Source: a virus. From it: DNA of 33,078 nt. This document shows, one piece after another, positions 9,566 to 18,545 of the stretch; positions within the stretch are counted from its first letter, which is position 1; the number at the start of each line of letters is the position of its first letter. The DNA lies in IMG/VR virus record IMGVR_UViG_3300020039_000707; one strand, 5' to 3'. The translations under genes were made by a program, and so were the position numbers. The notes below the pieces were generated by a model. The model had not been told where the DNA came from. It saw nothing but the letters and a program-made list of their open reading frames with translations, and ran no database searches.

Positions 9566-9594
9566 TTGAAAAAGATGGCTAAATGTAGTAGAAT
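9566..9594 (+). promoter_or_regulatory. Candidate promoter for the ligase-kinase pair
   Basis: TTGAAA (9566-9571), 17 nt, TAGAAT (9589-9594). Confidence 0.45.
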
Positions 9595-9626
9595 AATTAT
9601 ATAAAATTAAATTGTTAGGGGGAAAT

Positions 9627-11402
9627 ATGAAAGAAAAAAAAATAACTGGATACCCATCTTTGGATAAACTTCATGATAGGGGATTTAATTTTTTGCAAAA
9701 GCATCCAATAATTCCTGACATAAGTATAGTCAATGCAATAAGTATGATAAATGCTTTCAATATAAATGATGAAGCTATTGATAATTTAAAGTTTAGTGTG
9801 TCTTATGGTGAAATGTTAAATGATGCAAGTATTATAGCAAGATCATTTAAGGAATTAGGAATTAAAAGAGGTGATGTAATCACTGTATGTATGAATAATT
9901 CTTATCAAGCAATACTTGTTTTCCTAGCTGCAAATAAAATTGGAGCAATTACTACTTACTTAAATTATCGTGCTTCACATGATGAAATTAAATATTACTT
10001 AAATTTATTTGAATCGCCACTATACTTTAATTTTGATGCTAGTATGCAAGAAAATCAAAAAATAAAAAATGAAACAAAAGTGAAATATATAGTAACTTTG
10101 AACAAAAACGATTTATACAACAAAAATTTTAATAATAATGCGTTAAATATGGTAGGTTATAAAGATTTTATTTCATTTAGTGATTTAGGATTGATATCAA
10201 AATATTATAAATATCCTTATAATATAATATATCCTGGTAACAATGATGCTTTACTTTTATATACTAGTGGTTCCAGTGGAAATCCAAAAACAGTTGTATT
10301 AACAAACGAAAATATAATGGCATCTGGTATATATATAAAAAATACTATTAATTTGCCACAAACAAGAAGTGATCGTTGTTTATCGTTTGTTCCATTTAAA
10401 TATCCATATGGCTTTTGTACATCGGTTTTACTCACATTATTATGTGGCCGAGTGGTTGTTTTAACCCCAGAGGGATTAAATAAGGACAATGCTGCCAATA
10501 TTTTGCCACAAATCGGTTATTATTATGGAAGTCCCGCATTGTTAGATGTACTTAGAAATATAGTTCCTGCAAATGTTGATTTATCAAAAAATCATACTTT
10601 TGTAACAGGCGGAGATTTCTTTACTGAAAAAACAGAAAAAAATGGTCGTGATTTCTTCCTAGCACATAATAATGATAAAATAATATTTTGTAATGGTGCT
10701 GGTAATGCTGAAACCGTTGCTACATGGTCTAGTGCTGTTGGGACAAAAGTTAAACCAGGTAGTGTTGGTAGAATTTTAATTGGTTCTGACCCAATTGTTG
10801 TGTCTTCAGACACACTGGAAGAGGTAAAATATAATCAAGAAGGGACCTTATTGATATCAGGAAAGCATGTTTTTAAAGGATATTATAAAGACAAAGAACT
10901 AACTGATAAAGAAATCGTTTATATTAATGGTAAAAAATATTATAATACTAGAACAATAGGTTGTTTAGATGAAGAAAGATTCTTTACATTAACAGGAAGA
11001 GAATCTAGATTCTACATTTTAAGTGATGGTAATAAAGTCTATTGTGAAAAAATTCAAAATTTCTTAACTCTAATTGATGGGATAAAATCAGCTGTGGTTG
11101 TTGCTAAACCAAATGATATGACACGTTTTTCTGGAAAAGCATATATTGTTCTTGAAGATGGATACATACCTGATAAAAATATGATAAATAACATATTTAT
11201 GCAATTGCAAAATGTAATTTGTGATGTAACGGGGAAAAAATATAGTTTAAGTACATTCGAAATGCCTGATAGTATTGATTTTATTGATTTTATTAAATTA
11301 ACTGATGCAGATAAAATCGATTATAAATATTATGAAAACCTTGCAGAAGAAGAATACGAATTAGAAAAATCACATAATAAAAAGAAAATTTACAAAATGT
11401 AA
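9627..11402 (+). CDS. AMP-dependent synthetase/ligase (acyl/aminoacyl-adenylate-forming)
   Basis: LLLYTSGSSGNPKTVVLTNENI P-loop; VKPGSVGRILIGSDPI; EGTLLISGKHVFKGYYKD; GCLDEERFFTLTGRESRFYILSDGNKV. TTG at 9612 is the ORF start, but ATG 9627 follows AGGGGG. Confidence 0.88.
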   Translation: MKEKKITGYPSLDKLHDRGFNFLQKHPIIPDISIVNAISMINAFNINDEAIDNLKFSVSYGEMLNDASIIARSFKELGIKRGDVITVCMNNSYQAILVFLAANKIGAITTYLNYRASHDEIKYYLNLFESPLYFNFDASMQENQKIKNETKVKYIVTLNKNDLYNKNFNNNALNMVGYKDFISFSDLGLISKYYKYPYNIIYPGNNDALLLYTSGSSGNPKTVVLTNENIMASGIYIKNTINLPQTRSDRCLSFVPFKYPYGFCTSVLLTLLCGRVVVLTPEGLNKDNAANILPQIGYYYGSPALLDVLRNIVPANVDLSKNHTFVTGGDFFTEKTEKNGRDFFLAHNNDKIIFCNGAGNAETVATWSSAVGTKVKPGSVGRILIGSDPIVVSSDTLEEVKYNQEGTLLISGKHVFKGYYKDKELTDKEIVYINGKKYYNTRTIGCLDEERFFTLTGRESRFYILSDGNKVYCEKIQNFLTLIDGIKSAVVVAKPNDMTRFSGKAYIVLEDGYIPDKNMINNIFMQLQNVICDVTGKKYSLSTFEMPDSIDFIDFIKLTDADKIDYKYYENLAEEEYELEKSHNKKKIYKM

Positions 11403-11444
11403 GTTTTTTTTGTTATAATATATTTAATAGTAGGAGGTATATTT

Positions 11445-12398
11445 ATGTATACTGGTATATATTTTTTGATTGAAGCCATATTTTATATGGGATTATTACT
11501 TGTAATGTACTTTGGAAGAAATAGATTTAAAAGTATTGAAAATAAATCATATTCTATTTTAGTCGCAGTTGCTTTTATAGAATTGTTTTTAGAATTAGTA
11601 CTAGATTTTGTTGGGCCTTTATACAAGCAAATTCCAGTAATAAGTTATTTCATTGCAAGACTATATTGCTGTTTTCTTCAATTATGGATTACAAATTTAT
11701 GTTTGTATGTTGTGATTGTATCATTAAATATTAGAAATAGAATTGAGCAAATAAAAAAAGTAAAAAAAATATTTTATATAAGTTTAGTTGCTTTATCAAC
11801 TTTAATTTTTGTATTACCAATTAGATTTAATTACGATGGTATGGTTGCTTATACATCTGGTATGAGTGTGAATATAGTTTATTTATCATCATTTATTTTT
11901 AGTATTATTGGTTTTATTTTTATCATAATTAATAAAAAACAAATTAAGAATAAAAAATTTACTCCAATGCTTGCATTTTTAATAATTGGTAGTATTGGTT
12001 CTTTTCTTCAATTTGAAAACCCTGGATTATTGTTAGCAGTTCCTATTCATGCATTCATTACATTTTTAATGTATTTTACAATTGAAAATCCCGATATGAA
12101 AATGTTAGAAGAACTTCATAAATCTAAGGAAATATCTGATAATGCCAATGAAGAAAAAACATTATTCTTATATAATTTAACTCAAGATATAAGAAGTATT
12201 AGTAGTGCTATTGATGATGATGCAGATTATATATTAGAGAGTAAAAATTGGGATGAAACTTATGAATGTGCTAGAAATATAAAATTAAATTCAGCTAAAT
12301 TTACTACAATGACTAATGAACTATTAGATGTATCACAAATTGATTCAGCTAATTTAAAAGTATATAATGAAAAATATAATATTAAGAATATTTTATAA
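11445..12398 (+). CDS. Multi-pass membrane sensor histidine kinase, N-terminal half (7TM-like plus HisKA-like)
   Basis: About seven hydrophobic segments, then FLYNLTQDIRSISSAI...MTNELLDVSQIDSANL (HisKA-like with Gln in place of His); TAGGAGGT upstream; ends at in-frame TAA 12396-12398. Confidence 0.75.
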   Translation: MYTGIYFLIEAIFYMGLLLVMYFGRNRFKSIENKSYSILVAVAFIELFLELVLDFVGPLYKQIPVISYFIARLYCCFLQLWITNLCLYVVIVSLNIRNRIEQIKKVKKIFYISLVALSTLIFVLPIRFNYDGMVAYTSGMSVNIVYLSSFIFSIIGFIFIIINKKQIKNKKFTPMLAFLIIGSIGSFLQFENPGLLLAVPIHAFITFLMYFTIENPDMKMLEELHKSKEISDNANEEKTLFLYNLTQDIRSISSAIDDDADYILESKNWDETYECARNIKLNSAKFTTMTNELLDVSQIDSANLKVYNEKYNIKNIL

Positions 12399-12608
12399 CA
12401 AGTTATTAATGTATATGGTAATATATGTAAGAATAAAGAATTAAAGTTTAATACTAATATAGATCATGATATTCCTGAAGAATTATATGGGGATGGTATT
12501 GGACTAAAAGAAATATTAACTACAATATTAAATAATAGTGCTAAATATACAGATAAAGGTTATATAGAATTAAGCGTTAACACTATTATAAAGAATGATA
12601 TATGTAGA

Positions 12609-13217
12609 TTGATTATTACAATTGAAGACTCTGGAATAGGTATTAAGAGTAATGATATTAATAAAATAAAGATAGATAATAAATCATTATCTAAGGCTAA
12701 CAATTTGATTACTTTAATGAATGGTACAATGATAATATCATCTGACTATGGTATAGGTACTAAAGTAAAGATTATCTTGGATCAAAGAATAGAAAAAAAT
12801 GAAAACAAAGAAACATCTAAGTATGATGAAATGTTTGATAATATAAAAATATTATCAGTAGATGATAGTGAATCAGGTTTAAAGATAATTGAAAAGTTAT
12901 TAAAAGGAACTAATATTAAAATAGATAATGCTAATACTGGTAAGGAATGTATCGATAAAATTAAAACTAATAAATATGATTTAATTTTGTTAGATGAAGA
13001 ATTAACTTCTATTAGTGGAAGTGAATTATTAGAAAGAATAAAAGCTATAAGAAACTTTAATACACCTGTAATATTATTAACAAAAGATAATAATTATGAA
13101 TACAATGAAGAATATAAAAAGATTGGATTTAGTGATTATATACTAAAACCATTAAAGAAAGACACTTTATTAAAAAAGATAAATGAATATGATAAGAAAG
13201 ATAACTCAGCAAAGTAG
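12609..13217 (+). CDS. C-terminal half of the same hybrid kinase: partial HATPase plus receiver domain
   Basis: Same frame as 11445-12398; coding similarity runs from 12399 (LKEILTTILNNSAKYTDKGYIEL N-box), then IEDSGIGI and a REC domain with ILSVDDS, DLILLDEE, VILLT and YILKP. TTG 12609 is probably not a real start. Confidence 0.65.
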   Translation: MIITIEDSGIGIKSNDINKIKIDNKSLSKANNLITLMNGTMIISSDYGIGTKVKIILDQRIEKNENKETSKYDEMFDNIKILSVDDSESGLKIIEKLLKGTNIKIDNANTGKECIDKIKTNKYDLILLDEELTSISGSELLERIKAIRNFNTPVILLTKDNNYEYNEEYKKIGFSDYILKPLKKDTLLKKINEYDKKDNSAK

Positions 13218-13240
13218 TTATCTTTTTTTATGGAATAATT

Positions 13241-13269
13241 TTGCAATTTTTATATCTTTGTTGTATAAT
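13241..13269 (+). promoter_or_regulatory. Promoter of the three-gene cassette
   Basis: TTGCAA (13241-13246), 17 nt, TATAAT (13264-13269). Confidence 0.65.
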
Positions 13270-13291
13270 AATGGGCATTTAAGGGGGAAAT

Positions 13292-15172
13292 ATGAAAAAT
13301 ATATTTATTGTAGGACCGGTAGCTTCGGGAAAAAATACACTCATGGAAAAGATATTAAGTAAAAATGATGCCATTACGCTTGATACAGGTAGGGTGTATA
13401 GGTATGTAGCTTATAAACTTTATCAAAAAGTGAAAGATGATATAGAAATTAGAAAAATACTATCTAAAGATGTAAATGAAATTGATAAGTTATTAAATTT
13501 AGTGTATCGTCTAACTAAATATTATACACATGAATTATCCATACTTTCTTTTGATGGCAATTCATTATATGAAAATTCCAATAAGCTTGATGTTGAAATT
13601 TTATATAGTAAAGAAGTTAATGCTATATTACCTGTGATTGCCAGAATTTCTACATTGAGGAATAAAATAACTCAGTTTATTAATTCAAATATATCTAATT
13701 CTCAAAAGCCTATTGTTATGACAGGACATAATATTAAAGAAATTGACACAACAAAATTTGTAGTTGTTTATTTAGATGTTAATTCTAAGATAGGGGCATA
13801 TAGACTTTTCAATAGAAATAAAGATTCGTATGGAGATATAATTGATGCATATGATGAATTAAACAGACGAAATGATATAGATAGAATTGAATTGACAAAA
13901 AACAGTATACAATATTTGTACAATATGATCTATATTGATACTAGTGATAAAAGTATTGATGAAATTTATGATGAATTTATTGAACAAGAAAAAAATATAG
14001 AATTGGCAGCAATAAATTTTGAAGAGTTACAAAATGCTTCTATTGATAGAAAAAACTTTACCTGGATTTTTAACGCTGTATTACAACCTATAAAAGAAGT
14101 TTTAGATTTTATGGCTGATAGTATTGTCCAAAAATACCCATATATTAATAAAAATGATTTGATTTATCAAACAATTATATTGTTAACTGCCTTTGATTTA
14201 ACTGAAATTTATGAAATCGATGAAGATTATTCTAATTATGTTCAACAAGCAATTAAAAATAGAAGTAATGAAATAAATTTAGAATTTAAATCTAAATTAT
14301 TGAATAATGAGATAAAATTAAATATTGGAATAGTGGTAAAATCATTATTTGATTCTACTACTAAACTATTAGATTTATACAAAGATAAAAGTGTACAGGA
14401 TAGAATGATAAGTTATAATTCAGGTGAAAAAGATTCTTTATTAAAAGTAGAAAATGGGTTAATGATTAGAACAAAAAATGGAATTGATAATACAGACAAA
14501 ATAACATTTAAAATTGTTGATTCAAAGAGTAGTAAGTTTATAACTACTTATTGTCATTATCTGCATACTCCTAGAACTGATGAATTAGTGGCATACGGTG
14601 CATTTTTAAATGATGATGAATACCCTGTTGCATATGTTTCTTTTTCAAGACAAGATAGGGATTATAAAAAAGAACTATTATACAATATTGGGATTGAACC
14701 GCAAAATAGTATTGAGATGACTAGAGCGTGGTGTTCTAATTCTGCACCAGCAAATATTATGAGTTCATTATTTCAATTTGCTATTAATGATATTCAAAGT
14801 AATTGGAATGATAGGTGTAAAGACAGTTTAGAAGATAAACATCTTCAGGCAATTACTACAGCAATTAACCCTAACTTGGGGTTTAAAGCATCTTCTTTCT
14901 TTGGTTGCAATTTTACTCCAATCGCATTAAGACCAGCAAAATTTACTTTTGTTGAAAAAGATGGTACAATTGAATATAGTACAAGAAGAAAAATTCAGTC
15001 TGATAAATGCGAAGAAGATTACTTTGAAAATAAATTAGAAATTTTACCACTTAATGAATTGATATTATGCTTAGATAAAAATAGAGAATCCAATGTTAAT
15101 AATAGCAAAATTCTTCTTATTGATAAGTCTGATTATGAAAAAGTTTTAAAGCATGTTATAAAAAGGAGATAG
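13292..15172 (+). CDS. Fusion of a CMP-kinase-like P-loop nucleotide kinase with a C-terminal domain weakly resembling Mom/GNAT
   Basis: IFIVGPVASGKNTL Walker A, DTGRVYRYVAYKLYQKV, VMTGHNIKEID, VVVYLDVNSKIGAYRLFNR, MIYIDTSDKSIDEI match the cytidylate kinase layout. C-terminal IEMTRAWCSNSAPANIMSSLFQFAI...AINPNLGFKASSFFGCNFTPIALRPAKFTF. Confidence 0.7.
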   Translation: MKNIFIVGPVASGKNTLMEKILSKNDAITLDTGRVYRYVAYKLYQKVKDDIEIRKILSKDVNEIDKLLNLVYRLTKYYTHELSILSFDGNSLYENSNKLDVEILYSKEVNAILPVIARISTLRNKITQFINSNISNSQKPIVMTGHNIKEIDTTKFVVVYLDVNSKIGAYRLFNRNKDSYGDIIDAYDELNRRNDIDRIELTKNSIQYLYNMIYIDTSDKSIDEIYDEFIEQEKNIELAAINFEELQNASIDRKNFTWIFNAVLQPIKEVLDFMADSIVQKYPYINKNDLIYQTIILLTAFDLTEIYEIDEDYSNYVQQAIKNRSNEINLEFKSKLLNNEIKLNIGIVVKSLFDSTTKLLDLYKDKSVQDRMISYNSGEKDSLLKVENGLMIRTKNGIDNTDKITFKIVDSKSSKFITTYCHYLHTPRTDELVAYGAFLNDDEYPVAYVSFSRQDRDYKKELLYNIGIEPQNSIEMTRAWCSNSAPANIMSSLFQFAINDIQSNWNDRCKDSLEDKHLQAITTAINPNLGFKASSFFGCNFTPIALRPAKFTFVEKDGTIEYSTRRKIQSDKCEEDYFENKLEILPLNELILCLDKNRESNVNNSKILLIDKSDYEKVLKHVIKRR

Positions 15173-15181
15173 AAGTTAAAA

Positions 15182-15763
15182 ATGAATAAAATATTGATTG
15201 CCACTAAAAACAAAGATAAATTTAGAATCGTTAGTTCTTTATTAAAAACATCTGTTTTTGATAAATATGATTTTTATTGTTTAGCTGATTTGGATGAAGA
15301 AATATTAGATAGGGAAGAAACAGGCGATGTAATCAATAGATCGTTTGGAAAAGCAGAGAATATATTTAACAATATACAAAATAACGATTTTGATTACATA
15401 ATAGGCGTAGACGATGGTATAAAAATTAAAAATCGAATAGTGGAGAATGTTAAAAACTATATACAGTCTATTATTGATGATAAATTATTGTCTAAAGATG
15501 AAATTGTTTATATAGTAAGGGCATATACTTTTTTCAATAAAACGGGAGATTATTATTCTGTTTTGACTGAAATTCCTTTTAAATATAAAAAATTGGAACA
15601 TGATTTTGAAATTAAAGAAAATTCATATCCACTTAGTCATGTCCTTACACCAATAAATTCTGATATTCCAGTTTCATTACAAAATTTTGAAGAATCCAAT
15701 GAATACTATTCGGTCTATTCTTCTGATAAATTTAGAGAAGCAATTGATAAGTTAAATGATTAA
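15182..15763 (+). CDS. HAM1/ITPase-like non-canonical nucleotide pyrophosphatase homolog (divergent)
   Basis: N-terminal ILIATKNKDKFRIVSSLL; EETGDVINRSFGKAENIF; YIIGVDDGIKIKN, arranged as in RdgB/HAM1 proteins. Confidence 0.65.
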   Translation: MNKILIATKNKDKFRIVSSLLKTSVFDKYDFYCLADLDEEILDREETGDVINRSFGKAENIFNNIQNNDFDYIIGVDDGIKIKNRIVENVKNYIQSIIDDKLLSKDEIVYIVRAYTFFNKTGDYYSVLTEIPFKYKKLEHDFEIKENSYPLSHVLTPINSDIPVSLQNFEESNEYYSVYSSDKFREAIDKLND

Positions 15764-16556
15764 TACTGATAATGATGCAAGTTTAATAATTGAAAGTAGA
15801 ATTTCTAGTAAAGATGTTTCTACTTATGAAAAGGAAATATTAGATTTAGTATTCATTCTTTTAGATAATTATTCTTTCACCCAGAATCAAACATATCCTA
15901 GACCAAGTCATCCTAATCCTGATAAACGAAAAGATGCTTACTTTACATTAGTTGCTATTTTGTTATCTTTAAGAACAACTTTAGAAAACGAAGTTAGAGC
16001 AGTAGATAATTTTTGTAATCAGTATTCAAATATATATGATGTGATAAATTCTGATTTTGATGAACTTGTAAATGTGATAAAGTGTGCTGGAATGCCAAAT
16101 AAGAAAGCAAAAACCATAATTAATGTTTCAAGGTATATTATAGATAATTTTAATGGTGATATAAATCTTATAAATAATGGTAATATAGAATATACTAGAA
16201 ATGAATTGTTCAAAATTTCTGGATTAGGTGAAAAGAGCGTTGATTGTATGTTGGAATTGGCTTTTGATTTACCTAGTATAGTGATTGATACTAATGTGTT
16301 TAGAGTAATTTCAAGAATATATTTTCCAGATGAAGATATGAGTTTCAATAATAAATTCCATATTTTAAAAATTAAAAATTATATTGAGTCTAGTGTCATA
16401 AAAGATTTTAGAATATATCAAATCATTCATACAATTATTTTGCTTCATGGAAAATACGTTTGTAAATCTAAGCCAAACTGTAATGATTGCATTGTTAAAG
16501 AAAAATGTGGCTTTTTTCGAAAAAATAATAATAATTTTCAGTTAACTTTATTTTAG
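15756..16556 (+). CDS. Endonuclease III-like HhH-GPD DNA glycosylase with FeS-type cysteine cluster
   Basis: HhH motif ISGLGEKSVDCMLELAF with Lys; IDTNVFRVISR with Asp; CKSKPNCNDCIVKEKC. Confidence 0.85.
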   Translation: MINTDNDASLIIESRISSKDVSTYEKEILDLVFILLDNYSFTQNQTYPRPSHPNPDKRKDAYFTLVAILLSLRTTLENEVRAVDNFCNQYSNIYDVINSDFDELVNVIKCAGMPNKKAKTIINVSRYIIDNFNGDINLINNGNIEYTRNELFKISGLGEKSVDCMLELAFDLPSIVIDTNVFRVISRIYFPDEDMSFNNKFHILKIKNYIESSVIKDFRIYQIIHTIILLHGKYVCKSKPNCNDCIVKEKCGFFRKNNNNFQLTLF

Positions 16557-16635
16557 CTTTATAAAAAATATAATACGGAGTGTAAATAGAATTCTATAAT
16601 TAGAGAAAAATGATTATAAGTAAGATTAAATTGTT

Positions 16636-16661
16636 AAAATGACCGCTTTAGTCATTTTTTT
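16636..16661 (+). terminator. Terminator of the three-gene cassette
   Basis: AAAATGAC (16636-16643)/GTCATTTT (16651-16658) followed by T-tract. Confidence 0.75.
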
Positions 16662-16692
16662 CTTTAGGGATTGGGGATACCCCATAATATGT

Positions 16693-16719
16693 GAAAAGTC
16701 CTCGTGGGAGGAACTTTTC
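16693..16719. repeat. Inverted repeat between convergent units
   Basis: GAAAAGTCCTC...GAGGAACTTTTC with a one-base bulge. Confidence 0.5.
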
Positions 16720-16750
16720 AGTGCTTGCTAATTATTTATAGATAAAATCA

Positions 16751-18529
16751 TTAAATAGATTTTTTAGATATAAATAAGATATTATCTATGAATTTATTGT
16801 TCCTAGTTAGTGGTCTTTCTACAATACCATCAACAAAGAAATGATTTTTAATTTGAGTTATATAATCAATAGTTTCTTCTTTTGAATAGAGGTTGTTTTG
16901 TAATTTTGATAAAGATATTATTAAATAATCTTTCTCATATTCAGTTAATGTTGATTCATCTATTTGTTCTTTATAGATAAAACCAATATTATTATTTCTT
17001 AAAATTGAATAAAGATATTCGATATATTCTTTTGGATTTTTATTAATGAATTGTTCAGTAAAGGTGATATTTTTAATTTCAATATTATAATTTTTATCTC
17101 TTGTTATTTCTATAGATGATATAAGATAATTTAGTAATTGTCTTTGTGCTTTCTTATTTAAACTATACCACATAAAAGCAAATTCTAGTTTATTAGGAAA
17201 TAATATGTCATCATTTTTTACATAACAATCTAATTTATTTTGAAGTTCAACTAAGTATTCTTTAGACTGATTATTTGGGTCTAGAGATTCTTTTTTCTTT
17301 CTTAAAGTTTCAATATCTTTCTTTAATTTTTCATTCTTTTTATTAATTATGTCGACATTTAGATTAGATTCTATATATAAATCTATTAGTCTTTTTGATT
17401 GTTCTTTTAATTTAGAGATTGATTTATCTATTATATCTATTTCTTTATTACTAGATGTATTTGCTATAATTAATTCATTATCCATATCATACATATATCT
17501 AGTTAATTCATCTAATAATCTGATTAATTTATTCTCAATTTTATCACAGTTATAATGATATTCTTTACCTTCACAATTTGGATTTTTACATCTTAAATGA
17601 AAATATATTTTCTTACCACTGGATGTATATTTATATGTTTGTGAAGAAGATAATATTTTATTGCAATAAGGACATTTAACAAGTGAAGCAAATAAATGAA
17701 CATACTCTCCATGATTGGAATGTTTATTCTTTGTTAATGTTCTTCTTGTTGCATTCCAAGTATCAATATCAATAATTGGTTCACAATAGTTCTCAACTTT
17801 TAATATATCTTGTGGTTTTCTTTTATACTTTCCAAATTCAAATGTACCAATATAAATAGTGTTTTCTAATATCTTTTGTACTCTTGCAGAGTGCCACTTT
17901 CCACTTTTTAGATAACAATTTTCTTTCTCTAAAAGTTTAGCAATATTCCTAATTGAATGTCCTTTTTTACATAGTTCAAATACTCTTTTAACTGAACTAA
18001 CTTCAAGCGGATTTATTACTAAATGTCCTGTATCTTTATCTCTAATATAGCCAAATGGTGCTTTAGCAGGATGGATATGTTCTAATGCCATTTCTTCAAG
18101 TGCTCGTTTAGTTCTTGCTCCAATTTCTTTTCTTTCTCTTTGTCCAAAGACTAAATTCATACCAAACATGATCTCACCATTGGCAGTAGTTATATCGTAA
18201 GGTTCAAGTATTAATTCAATCTTAACATCATGTTCTTCACAATAGTTTAATAACCAAAATCCATCATAATTATTTCTCGTTAGTCTATCCGTTTTTATCG
18301 CTACAAGTTTATCTAATTTATGCTCTTTTATATCATTAAGTAGTCTTTGCATAGCTGGTCTCATTAAGTCTTTTCCAGAGTATCCACCATCATCATAAAC
18401 ATCAATAATGTCATAATTATTTTTCTCACAATATTCTTTTATCATTCTTAATTGTGAATCAATTGAGTAGCCATTATCTCTTTGATCATCAGTTGAAACT
18501 CTAACATATATACCTGTTCTAATAGTCAT
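16751..18529 (-). CDS. Large serine recombinase (integrase/resolvase family)
   Basis: MTIRTGIYVRVSTDDQRDNGYSIDSQL; GGYSGKDLMRPAMQRLLNDI; KTDRLTRN; recombinase domain; Cys cluster CPYCNK...CKNPNCEG; coiled coil. Internal ATG at 18529 preceded by GGAAG. Confidence 0.93.
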   Translation of the reverse strand: MTIRTGIYVRVSTDDQRDNGYSIDSQLRMIKEYCEKNNYDIIDVYDDGGYSGKDLMRPAMQRLLNDIKEHKLDKLVAIKTDRLTRNNYDGFWLLNYCEEHDVKIELILEPYDITTANGEIMFGMNLVFGQRERKEIGARTKRALEEMALEHIHPAKAPFGYIRDKDTGHLVINPLEVSSVKRVFELCKKGHSIRNIAKLLEKENCYLKSGKWHSARVQKILENTIYIGTFEFGKYKRKPQDILKVENYCEPIIDIDTWNATRRTLTKNKHSNHGEYVHLFASLVKCPYCNKILSSSQTYKYTSSGKKIYFHLRCKNPNCEGKEYHYNCDKIENKLIRLLDELTRYMYDMDNELIIANTSSNKEIDIIDKSISKLKEQSKRLIDLYIESNLNVDIINKKNEKLKKDIETLRKKKESLDPNNQSKEYLVELQNKLDCYVKNDDILFPNKLEFAFMWYSLNKKAQRQLLNYLISSIEITRDKNYNIEIKNITFTEQFINKNPKEYIEYLYSILRNNNIGFIYKEQIDESTLTEYEKDYLIISLSKLQNNLYSKEETIDYITQIKNHFFVDGIVERPLTRNNKFIDNILFISKKSI

Positions 18530-18545
18530 TTTTTCACTTCCTTCC

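Noticed and set aside
10217-10813. Minus-strand ORFs inside the AMP-forming ligase
   Set aside because: Antisense frames under an ORF with clear ligase motifs.
16019-16348. Minus-strand ORF in the glycosylase gene
   Set aside because: Antisense to the HhH-GPD coding region; no independent evidence.
17349-17555. Plus-strand ORF in the first serine recombinase
   Set aside because: Antisense shadow ORF with no Shine-Dalgarno site or family features.
16751-18529. IS607/transposon resolvase instead of large serine recombinase
   Set aside because: Length near 590 aa with recombinase and zinc-ribbon regions fits the large serine recombinase class, and no TnpB partner or transposase is present.
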